DNA of 16,214 nt from Candidatus Thorarchaeota archaeon (GCA_003345595.1 PRDI01000036.1:1-16214); one strand, 5' to 3'; positions 7,686-15,739 are shown, counted from the first letter of the stretch. Program-made: numbers and translations. The notes: generated by a model from the sequence alone, not told the origin.

Positions 7686-7844
7686 CTATTTCTTCCCACG
7701 CCTCTTGGGCCTGAGGTCGTCCGACTTGCACTTCCTGCACTTCTTGGCCTTGAGGGGGTTGGTTGCACCGCAGTAGCGGCACACAGACTTGTACAGCAAA
7801 TAGTGCTGAGCCAGCCTGCGCTTCTCGATGTCAGATATGGGCAT
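7686..7844 (-). CDS. rpl40e: 50S ribosomal protein L40e
   Basis: Manual translation (52 aa, below ORF cutoff): MPISDIEKRRLAQHYLLYKSVCRYCGATNPLKAKKCRKCKSDDLRPKRRGKK; CxxC...CRKC zinc finger and LRPK signature. Confidence 0.95.
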   Translation of the reverse strand: MPISDIEKRRLAQHYLLYKSVCRYCGATNPLKAKKCRKCKSDDLRPKRRGKK

Positions 7845-7918
7845 GTCAAGGTCCTCATTAAGTGCTTGACGGACTAGGGTTTCCCGTGAGCCCGCTCAGG
7901 CTTCGGAGCGTGGTTGTG

Positions 7919-7926
7919 TTTTAAAA
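7919..7926 (-). promoter_or_regulatory. Candidate TATA box for rpl40e
   Basis: TTTTAAAA about 75 bp upstream of the ATG, just after the sucD stop. Confidence 0.4.
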
Positions 7927-7946
7927 GTTATGCTCCAAACACAGCA

Positions 7947-8819
7947 CTACTTCAAGGCCTTTCTGAGTAGCTCGGCGACTTGACTGGGCCTCTCTGCAAC
8001 GGCGACACCTGCATCCTTCAACGCCTTAATCTTCGCTTCTGCCGTTCCCGTACTTCCACTGATGATGGCTCCTGCATGACCCATCCTCTTCCCGGGAGGC
8101 GCTGTCCTCCCTGCAATGAAAGCCACCACTGGCAGGTCAAACCCCTTTGAAACGAATGAAGCCGCACGTTCTTCTGCGTCTCCGCCAATCTCGCCCACGA
8201 GGACGACTGCTCTTGTTGCCTTGTCGTTCCTGAACAGCTTTAGACCCTCTGTGGGTGTCAGCCCGACACACGGGTCTCCACCCAGCCCAATTGCCGTCGA
8301 GATTCCGATCCCGGCTAGCGTCATTCCGGCGGCGATCTCGTAAGTCAGTGTTCCACTACGTGACATGAGCCCTACATTGCCGGGAGAGAACACATGACCG
8401 GGCATTATTCCAACCTTCTGTTTCACGATTGGAGTGATTATCCCGGGCGTATTGGGGCCGATGATGGTGATACCCTTCTGGGCTGCCACATGGATGACCC
8501 TGATTTCATCCTTCACGGGGAGGTGTTCCGTGATCACTACCACAGGATTGAGGCCCTCTGATATGGCCTCAAGGGCGGCGTCAGCCGCGTAGGCGGCCGG
8601 GATGAATATTATTGAGGCTGTTGCATCATGTTCTCGCTTGGCTTCTCTGACTGTGTCGTACACGGGAACACCATTCACATCGGTCCCGCCCTTGCCCGGC
8701 GACGTACCCGCAACAACCTTCGTCCCATACTTCAGCATTGAGGCAGTATGGAATGTCCCCTGCGAACCAGTGATGCCCTGCACTATCACTCTTGTCTTCT
8801 TATCTACCAAGACCGCCAT
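7947..8819 (-). CDS. sucD: Succinyl-CoA synthetase alpha subunit
   Basis: VIVQGITGSQGTFH, IIGPNTPGII, SRSGTLTYE, GEIGG, KRMGHAGAII (phospho-His). Confidence 0.96.
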   Translation of the reverse strand: MAVLVDKKTRVIVQGITGSQGTFHTASMLKYGTKVVAGTSPGKGGTDVNGVPVYDTVREAKREHDATASIIFIPAAYAADAALEAISEGLNPVVVITEHLPVKDEIRVIHVAAQKGITIIGPNTPGIITPIVKQKVGIMPGHVFSPGNVGLMSRSGTLTYEIAAGMTLAGIGISTAIGLGGDPCVGLTPTEGLKLFRNDKATRAVVLVGEIGGDAEERAASFVSKGFDLPVVAFIAGRTAPPGKRMGHAGAIISGSTGTAEAKIKALKDAGVAVAERPSQVAELLRKALK

Positions 8820-9965
8820 CTACGATACCTCCTTTGTCAATTGGACGACACGCTCAGCAGCCTCCTCCATGGTCTTCAGGAATGGAATGCCAGCCTTGCT
8901 GAGTATCTCCTGCCCCTGCTCCTCATTGGTACCAACCATCCTTATGACTGTGGGAATGCTGAGTCCCTTTTCTTCGCGGGCAGCGACTATGCCCTTGGCG
9001 ACCTCATCGCATCTGGTTATACCACCCATGATATTGACGAGGACTGCCTTGACCTTTGGATACATCAGCGCAATCTCGATACCTTTCTTGACTCGCTCAG
9101 CATCTGCTCCGCCTCCTAAGTCAAGGAATGTGCTAGCCTTTCCTCCGTGCAGGGCCACTGCGTCTAGTGTAGCCATGGTCAATCCTGCACCATTGCAGAT
9201 GCATGCTATGTCACCATCGAGTTCAACATAGGCCATGTCATGTTCGGCAGCGAGCTTCTCCCTTGCGTTCTGCTCGACGGGCTCTCTTCTCAGTCCGTCT
9301 GTCAGCTTCTTGTGACGATACAGGGCACTATCGTCCACGTTGAGTCGCGCGTCCGCAGCTAGCAGTCGTCCTTCCTTTGTGAGGATGAGTGGGTTAATCT
9401 CAGTCAATTCAGCATCATAAGAGTCTGCAACACTCCACAGACTGAGAATCATGCTCGTCAGCGTGTTCAGCATCTTGCCCCTGAAACCCATCGCAATGGC
9501 CATCTCGCGCGCCTCGTACGTCTGAAACCCTAGCAAGGGATCGACGTACATCTTGACTATCTTCTCAGGGCTCCGAACAGCGAGTTCTTCGATGGACATG
9601 CCGCCAGCCGAGCTGCCTATGACCACATATTTGCGTTCAGTCCGATCCACAGTAATTCCAAGGTAGATCTCCTGTTGGATGTCCAGCTTCTCCTCCACGA
9701 GTACTGCCTCAACGGGCAAGTCATTGATTCTCATCGCTAGTATCTCTCTTGCCGCGTTCCCAGCTTCGTCTGGAGTGTTGGCGAACTTTATTCCTCCGGC
9801 TTTGCCCCTTTTTCCTGCAAACACTTGTGCTTTGACCGCGACTGGTTTGCCAATCTCTCTTGCGCGTGTCTTTGCCTCTTCAGGAGTCTTAGCCACATTT
9901 CCCAGCGGCGTTGGCAGATTAAAGGCACGAAAGATATCCTTTGCCTCAAATTCGAGAAGCTTCAT
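8820..9965 (-). CDS. sucC: Succinyl-CoA synthetase beta subunit (ATP-grasp)
   Basis: MKLLEFEAK, KAQVFAGKRGKAGGIK, EINPL, NGAGLTMATLD, FLDLGGGA, GGITRCDEVA. The stop abuts the sucD ATG (TAGATG) with an internal GGAGG SD. GTG 9977 is an alternative start. Confidence 0.96.
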   Translation of the reverse strand: MKLLEFEAKDIFRAFNLPTPLGNVAKTPEEAKTRAREIGKPVAVKAQVFAGKRGKAGGIKFANTPDEAGNAAREILAMRINDLPVEAVLVEEKLDIQQEIYLGITVDRTERKYVVIGSSAGGMSIEELAVRSPEKIVKMYVDPLLGFQTYEAREMAIAMGFRGKMLNTLTSMILSLWSVADSYDAELTEINPLILTKEGRLLAADARLNVDDSALYRHKKLTDGLRREPVEQNAREKLAAEHDMAYVELDGDIACICNGAGLTMATLDAVALHGGKASTFLDLGGGADAERVKKGIEIALMYPKVKAVLVNIMGGITRCDEVAKGIVAAREEKGLSIPTVIRMVGTNEEQGQEILSKAGIPFLKTMEEAAERVVQLTKEVS

Positions 9966-10043
9966 GGGTTCCACCACGCACTGAGAAGGCAGAATCAGTC
10001 GCCTTCCCGGGCATCAACGGTCCAATGTCATGGAGTAAAAAAC

Positions 10044-12314
10044 TTAGCTGCTCTCCGTGAGCATAGCTGTCAGTTCGCTCTGCAGTCGAAAGATCTCCTT
10101 GTGCAATCCGTTTCGTTTGTCCGCTGCCAAGAGCCTGAGAAGAATGGAGTTCACATAGTGTAGCTCCTCAAGAATGTTCTCAACTATGCCTGGCATGTCT
10201 TTTTCGCTCCGTATTGCCTGCTCGATGCTGTCTGCCGGAACTGAGTCGATGACCCGTTTGACCAAGTCCTCTGGTAGGTCTGTCCTAGCCACGGTCACAC
10301 CCACAAGAAGGTCTCTCACTCTGCCACTCCCTCTTGCGACTGCTTTCATCACCTTCTTGGCGTCTCGAACGGGCACTCCAAGAACTGCCACGCTGGCACC
10401 CAGATCGGTGCATCTGACGGCCTTTCCGTCGCGTATGATCAGGTCGTCATGCTCCATATCATCAAGCACCCGGAGACCGCGTAGAGCCTGCCCTATCACG
10501 GATGCTGCATATGGTCTGGTTTCCTCACTCTTGAGTGCGAATGAACAGAACTTGACTAGATGCTTGCAGAGCCTGTGGTTCCTTATTCCTTGATACTTCC
10601 AAGACTCACAGGAACATGACACTCCCTCGGCCGGCCTGAGTGTCACGTAGTGCCATAGCTCTCTTGTGCCGCTATGAATGAGTCCCTCAATTTTGAAGGG
10701 AGTGACTGACACAAATTTCACTCTTGAATCGGATATCTCGTCGGCGCGCTTGACCGTAGACCTAGTGGTACGAAGAGAGATGATATCACTGACGGCAGAA
10801 TCATCAAGGGAAACCATTGATTCGTGGGTGATCCCCTTAGCCCGGTTTGTTGCTGCCCAGTATGTGCGGCTGATGATTGCATACGGGTCATCCGTTACTG
10901 CACTCCTTCCACACAGCTGGCTGATGACCAAGTCCTGGATGTTCTCGGGATCGTCCATGCAGCTGTCTACTTCCCCGAGCCTCGGACTGATATTACCATC
11001 TCTGTCTTTGGTGAAGAACTTGTCCAAGACTCGCGTACGTTCTGACTCCTTGTCAACAACGACAATCGCGAAAGCCTCATTGTCAACCCCTGCCCTGCCT
11101 GCTGACTGCAAGACGTCATTAAGCTGCCACTCAGAAAGCATAGTCAGGTCCTCGGTTCCGACGACGTCTTTGCTGACATCTTTCATGAACACCCCGACCA
11201 GAAACACCACAGTCGCCTTGATACCACTGGCGATCGCGAATCTTGTGGGCATGACAACTACCGGCAGAAGCCCCTCCTCCCATGCAGACGACACTTCCCT
11301 TCTTTGGGCTCTGGAAACTCCTTCGTGCAGAAAGGCGACACCTCTCAGGACAGCACTTGCAAGGCGAGAGGTCACTTCGCATTTTGAATACTTGTCCCGC
11401 ACTTGGTTTGAGAGAATCCTGAGGTCATCTTGATGAGAGGGTGTCAATCTGAGGTCAAGGGGTGAGGGCCTGTCCACTCCGGACGTTCCTGTCAAATGAG
11501 CTGCTAATTCCTCGCAAGAAGCTATGTCAGGACACAGTATCACTATCTGTCCGCGACGGTAATGCACGAACTCCGTGATGTCTGCCAACGACTCACGCAC
11601 GCTACTGAATGCCTTCACGCTGAAGATACGCTTCACCTCGGGCTTCGTGTCTTCCACAATGTCTGCATGCAGCCAGAGGCTCAAGTCCTTGAGATCTGCA
11701 ACAGGCGGGCATGTGGCTATGTACTGTGTCCCTTGACCGTGACCCATTAGATTCACAAGCGTCGTTTCAAGTGTCGCGCCAATACCTGGCTGCCCAATCA
11801 AGTCGAGACGCTCGATGATGATACATTGGAGGCCTTCCAGCAACTCAGGATGAACTCTCAGCGCTATGTCAAGGGAACCATAGGTTCCAACCACGACACG
11901 CCCGCTCTTCCACTCCTGACTTATGGCAGTACGCCTACGTATGGCCTCAGCTCCCTCAACCCCAAGCCGTCTGCACTTCTGTATCAAAGAGGAGTATCTC
12001 TTTTCAGCCTGGTGTGCATTTGGACAGAGAACCAACGCTCTAGCCTTGTAGTCAGTTAGAAGCCTGTTCAGAGCTGCAATCTCTGCTATCTGATACGCCT
12101 CATCATAATCATATGTGACAAGCAGCTGGCTTGCGCCTCTGAGCACGCCCTTCTCCAATGTAGCAGTCTGAAATCCTGACAGTTTGACAAGACCTTGTTT
12201 CCTGAGAAGCTCCAGCAGACGCGGCGAAGTTTGCTCAAGCTCGAGCTCTCTCAAAGTACTCAATTGGTCTAAGCCCCAAGCGGTCAGATGCGCGAGGAGA
12301 TGAGAAGTTATCAT
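10044..12314 (-). CDS. Hel308/Ski2-like SF2 helicase homologue with degenerate ATPase motifs and an inserted SWIM zinc finger (probable pseudo-helicase)
   Basis: Q-motif-like GLVKLSGFQ; VVVGTYGSLD (Ib); GVAFLHEGVS; QSAGRAG (VI-like); CTDLG winged-helix end. Walker A position reads TYDYDEAY and Walker B reads IIIERLD. SWIM motif CSC-x12-CKH. TTG 12263 is an alternative start. Confidence 0.8.
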   Translation of the reverse strand: MITSHLLAHLTAWGLDQLSTLRELELEQTSPRLLELLRKQGLVKLSGFQTATLEKGVLRGASQLLVTYDYDEAYQIAEIAALNRLLTDYKARALVLCPNAHQAEKRYSSLIQKCRRLGVEGAEAIRRRTAISQEWKSGRVVVGTYGSLDIALRVHPELLEGLQCIIIERLDLIGQPGIGATLETTLVNLMGHGQGTQYIATCPPVADLKDLSLWLHADIVEDTKPEVKRIFSVKAFSSVRESLADITEFVHYRRGQIVILCPDIASCEELAAHLTGTSGVDRPSPLDLRLTPSHQDDLRILSNQVRDKYSKCEVTSRLASAVLRGVAFLHEGVSRAQRREVSSAWEEGLLPVVVMPTRFAIASGIKATVVFLVGVFMKDVSKDVVGTEDLTMLSEWQLNDVLQSAGRAGVDNEAFAIVVVDKESERTRVLDKFFTKDRDGNISPRLGEVDSCMDDPENIQDLVISQLCGRSAVTDDPYAIISRTYWAATNRAKGITHESMVSLDDSAVSDIISLRTTRSTVKRADEISDSRVKFVSVTPFKIEGLIHSGTRELWHYVTLRPAEGVSCSCESWKYQGIRNHRLCKHLVKFCSFALKSEETRPYAASVIGQALRGLRVLDDMEHDDLIIRDGKAVRCTDLGASVAVLGVPVRDAKKVMKAVARGSGRVRDLLVGVTVARTDLPEDLVKRVIDSVPADSIEQAIRSEKDMPGIVENILEELHYVNSILLRLLAADKRNGLHKEIFRLQSELTAMLTESS

Positions 12315-12462
12315 ATCCTATTATCTTTTTGCAAAACAGTCATAAACTCACTTCAGCAGATCTCAGTGGCCGATGCAGGGTGCCGCATGGGCATGAGATC
12401 TTTCGGCTGAACAACAAACATTTAATCCGGGTTCCACCCAAGGTGGTGCGCGAGTGGTTGCT

Positions 12463-13128
12463 ATGGAGATTACCAGGTCTGTCAAGTGCAAGGAACTGAA
12501 GAAGGCTGATGTTGTAGACTCGACCGGTCGCAAAGTCGGTCACATCGGTGATATGACCTTTGGGTTCAATGGAACACTGAAACTATCGCAGTTCATACTT
12601 GCAGGTCCCGCATGGGAGGAGTTCTTGGAGTCAATCAAGGTCCGACCAGACCGCGACCCTGTCTTTGACGCGACACTCATCAAGAAGATGGGAGATAAGG
12701 TCTACCTCGACACGACTGCAAACAGTCTGAAGACGACGCTCGACAAGGGTGCCATTGGTCCGGGTGAGCTCCGGTTCTCCAAGCTGGAGAAAATGGACAT
12801 AGTCGACAAGGACGGCGTGAAGGTAGGCCGGACAATCGATGTCCATTTCGAGAAGGATGGATCCTGTTCTCTGATAGTCGGAGGTGGATTCATAGAGGAG
12901 AAGCTCGAAGCTGCGGGAATCAAGGAAGATGTCGACATAATAGTCCCAGGAGAAGTAATATCGACAATAGGTGACAGGGTGAAGCTGCTGGTTTCCAAAG
13001 ACACGCTTGGAACGACCATGGATGATGCTCTGAAGAAGAGGAAACCAGAAACCAAGAAGGCAAAGGATTCCCGGGCAGTACAACGCGATGTGACCAAGGT
13101 TCAGCTGTTCACGCAACGGCCGTTCTAA
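12463..13128 (+). CDS. Tandem (two-domain) PRC-barrel protein
   Basis: Two repeats of the PRC N-terminal pattern: KELKKADVVDSTGRKVGHIGDMTF and SKLEKMDIVDKDGVKVGRTIDVHF, ending IKKMGDKVYL and ISTIGDRVKL respectively. Confidence 0.82.
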   Translation: MEITRSVKCKELKKADVVDSTGRKVGHIGDMTFGFNGTLKLSQFILAGPAWEEFLESIKVRPDRDPVFDATLIKKMGDKVYLDTTANSLKTTLDKGAIGPGELRFSKLEKMDIVDKDGVKVGRTIDVHFEKDGSCSLIVGGGFIEEKLEAAGIKEDVDIIVPGEVISTIGDRVKLLVSKDTLGTTMDDALKKRKPETKKAKDSRAVQRDVTKVQLFTQRPF

Positions 13129-13348
13129 TGTACGAAGTCATATGTAGCGCTGTTGACCGATAGTGATGCTCCATCCTCGCCGAGTCTTGGCTGCCATGCT
13201 GGCGCGAAGCCGACAGAACTCTCGTAGGCGAGCAGAACATACCGGGTATTGCGCTCCTAAGACATACAGATAAAAGCAGTATCAGGGGTAGCACCGCGAG
13301 TGACTCAACTGAAGGGCGTTACAGTATCAGCCCCCCGATGACCGAGGC

Positions 13349-14098
13349 ATGGAATGGATGGCATTCGTAGCAACTAGAGAATCCGTCTTTGAGATAATAC
13401 TGAAGGATGGCTTCAAAATCGAACCCGGGTCCACGTTCATCTGTGGCTTTCACGGACTTGGCGAGGTAGGTTTTCTCAGCACAGCTCATCTCACACGAAC
13501 GCTGAATGCCGAACGGGTGGGCTTCATCAAGAGTGACATGCTACCCTTGTTTGTGTCCATGGAGAATGATCGCCTCGTTCTACCTTTTGAGATATACTCC
13601 TATGCTGAGAAGAACATGATCTTCTTTGTCCCACGTTTCCAGCCGCATCAGTCTGAGCAATGGTCATGGATAGACAGGCTGGCAAAGTGGATTATCGATT
13701 GCAGATTCTCAGAGATACTCCTACTTGGAGGTCTGGACTCAAGCTTCAAAGAAGACAATGAGGACATGCGGTGCGTTCCTACTACCGCATATAGACCGAT
13801 GCTGGAAAAGTGGTCAGTACCACTCCTAGAGGAGGGTCTCTTCGTAGCAGGCCCGCTGGCCCTCCTTCTTGCAGAGCTTGAAATGCGGGACGTGCCTGCG
13901 ATAGGTCTTCTCACTTATGCCACACGCGGACGACCTGACCCAAGGTCTGCAGCGACCATGCTGGGAAGAATCAACCAGGTCTATGACATCAAGGCTGACG
14001 TGGACCAGCTCCTTGAAGAGAGCAAGGAGATTGAGCGGCTCGAGAAAATGCGCAAGAGCATCGAGTCTGACGACAGATCATCTGACATGTTTGTCTAG
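13349..14098 (+). CDS. PAC2-family proteasome assembly chaperone-like protein (PbaA/PbaB type)
   Basis: FICGFHGLGEVGFLS, PFEIY, LLGGLD, GPLALLL, PDPRSAA, DVDQLLEESKEIE and C-terminal MFV. ATG 13358 is an alternative start. Confidence 0.88.
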   Translation: MEWMAFVATRESVFEIILKDGFKIEPGSTFICGFHGLGEVGFLSTAHLTRTLNAERVGFIKSDMLPLFVSMENDRLVLPFEIYSYAEKNMIFFVPRFQPHQSEQWSWIDRLAKWIIDCRFSEILLLGGLDSSFKEDNEDMRCVPTTAYRPMLEKWSVPLLEEGLFVAGPLALLLAELEMRDVPAIGLLTYATRGRPDPRSAATMLGRINQVYDIKADVDQLLEESKEIERLEKMRKSIESDDRSSDMFV

Positions 14099-14637
14099 CC
14101 GAACCGTCTGATATACCAGCCAACGTCCATCACGTTCTTCGCCACTAGCTCCTTGGGGCTCAGCCTGTGCAGCTTGTCTGTGTCAACAGACATAACTGCA
14201 AGTCCGAGGCACTCACCGTTTCCATTCATCACAAGCACGTACTGTCCTCTCTTCAGACCTTGTCCTGTTTCCTTGACGGAGTGCTTCAAGATGCTCTTGC
14301 CGTATGTCAACGCTTCTGCTCCCTCTCTAGAAACGACAATCAGGTTCTTGGTTAGACCCACCAGTCGGTCTAGGACCGAGATCGCGAATGTAAACCTGCC
14401 CGAAGAGAGGTCACCAACCCATGTCCCTAGAGATTGTGGCGTGAACGGGCCGAAATCATTCTCAAAGTGGTCCATCCAATCCTTTGGCACTAAGTAGAAT
14501 GACCTCGATGTTTCATGCTCCAGAGTGACGGGCAGCAGGCCCCCAACAAGCTTGTCTGTCACGCCCTCGCCGAAGCCGCCATCAATCTGTTGTTTGGCCA
14601 AATCCCAATCATGAGGGTCTGCCAGTTCTGGCTTCAA
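14095..14637 (-). CDS. Nip7-like PUA-domain ribosome biogenesis protein (UPF0113)
   Basis: VVSREGAEALTYGKSI...VLVMNGNGECLGLA...KNVMDVGWYIRR. TTG 14637 follows GGAG/AAGGA; GTG 14658 is an alternative start. Confidence 0.82.
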   Translation of the reverse strand: MKPELADPHDWDLAKQQIDGGFGEGVTDKLVGGLLPVTLEHETSRSFYLVPKDWMDHFENDFGPFTPQSLGTWVGDLSSGRFTFAISVLDRLVGLTKNLIVVSREGAEALTYGKSILKHSVKETGQGLKRGQYVLVMNGNGECLGLAVMSVDTDKLHRLSPKELVAKNVMDVGWYIRRFG

Positions 14638-14722
14638 TGTCCTTTCATCTCCATGCACTGTATCCTTCGGGGAGAATTGCTGTCTGGACTGACAGTGCAG
14701 GCTGCCTTGGGCACCCCCATAC

Positions 14723-15628
14723 TCAGCCCTCCTTTGTCATCCTGCATATGAAGAAGCCCTCTGTCTTATGCTCATGCGGGAGAAGTCGTCTTGCACGCGC
14801 CAAGGATTTGTCAAGCTGAATGCCGAATGGTCGAACATAGCCTTGGCTTCCGAAGTCTATGGCTATGTCATCAATCTTCATCTCTGGTTGTTTCTTGAGG
14901 AAGTCATCGATGACAAACTCATTCTCTTCAGGGGCTATCGAGCATGTGGAGTAGACAAGGCTTCCTCCTCCAGCAAGAACCTTGGCAGCTGAGCTGAGCA
15001 TATCTTGCTGTCTGTCGGCGCAGTACCTGATGTCTGCCATACTCCTACTCGTCTTTCTGCTTGGGTCCAATGGAATGAGTCCTTCTCCAGAGCACGGTGC
15101 ATCAAGCAGTATTCGATTCGGGTGGAATGGGAGGTGTTCCAGCCTTCTGGCATCTCCTCTCAAGACGAGAGTGTTGTTCACTCCACATCTGAGGATATTG
15201 CCTTGAAGACTCCTGATTCGCACCCTGTCCTCATCGATAGAGACTATCATGCCTGAGTTCTCCATCATCTGTGCCATGTGCGTGGTCTTTCCGCCTGGGG
15301 CAGCAGCGATATCCATGACCATTTCTCCCGGCTGAGGATTGAGCACTCTGCTGACGGTCATAGATGGCACTCCTTGTATGTAATAGAAACCCAGCATATG
15401 CTCAAAGAGAGAACCGGGCGAAATGGAACCGAAATCTGCATAGTACCCCTCCGCAAGCCAAGGGACCCCCTCCAGCACAACACCCTTTGACTGTAGGCGT
15501 TTAACTAGGAGATCGATGGGAGTCTTTAGAGTGTTGACTCTGATGGAAGTCCTAATTGGGCGCTCACAGGCCTCAAGGAATCGAAGCGTTTCGGCTTCTC
15601 CCCATAGGGCCAAGTAGCGTTCAATCAT
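14723..15628 (-). CDS. RsmB/NOL1/NOP2/Sun family RNA m5C methyltransferase
   Basis: SIRVNTLK, GFYYIQ, DIAAAPGGKT (motif I), LLDAPCSGEG (IV), VYSTCSI (VI), EGFFIC. The true start may lie upstream, near 15694 (see findings). Confidence 0.93.
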   Translation of the reverse strand: MIERYLALWGEAETLRFLEACERPIRTSIRVNTLKTPIDLLVKRLQSKGVVLEGVPWLAEGYYADFGSISPGSLFEHMLGFYYIQGVPSMTVSRVLNPQPGEMVMDIAAAPGGKTTHMAQMMENSGMIVSIDEDRVRIRSLQGNILRCGVNNTLVLRGDARRLEHLPFHPNRILLDAPCSGEGLIPLDPSRKTSRSMADIRYCADRQQDMLSSAAKVLAGGGSLVYSTCSIAPEENEFVIDDFLKKQPEMKIDDIAIDFGSQGYVRPFGIQLDKSLARARRLLPHEHKTEGFFICRMTKEG

Positions 15629-15739
15629 GTACTGTTGATACCCGAATCTTGCCGCAAGTTCCTTTGCCCTCAGCCGGAGGTCTTTCGTTGTCGTAGTCCC
15701 CTAGTCCTCCAAGTTGCCGTAGATGCCACTAGTCAAGAG

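Noticed and set aside
7308-7884. 11-mer CTAGGGTTTCC occurring twice (near 7308 and 7874)
   Set aside because: Repeats of this length are expected by chance in 16 kb, and the flanks do not match.
10174-11433. Long plus-strand ORFs antisense to the pseudo-helicase (similar ones lie opposite sucCD, truD and the PRC gene)
   Set aside because: Ser/Thr-rich shadow frames produced by the codon bias of the real genes.
12327-12336. TTTTGCAAAA palindrome in the divergent helicase/PRC spacer as an operator
   Set aside because: Single short AT-rich palindrome with no second copy or linked regulator in the window.
15701-15712. Pyrrolysine or amber readthrough from TTG 15712 through TAG 15701-15703 into the Nop2-like gene
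   Set aside because: TAG is the dominant true stop in this window, and the SD position fits a downstream start better.
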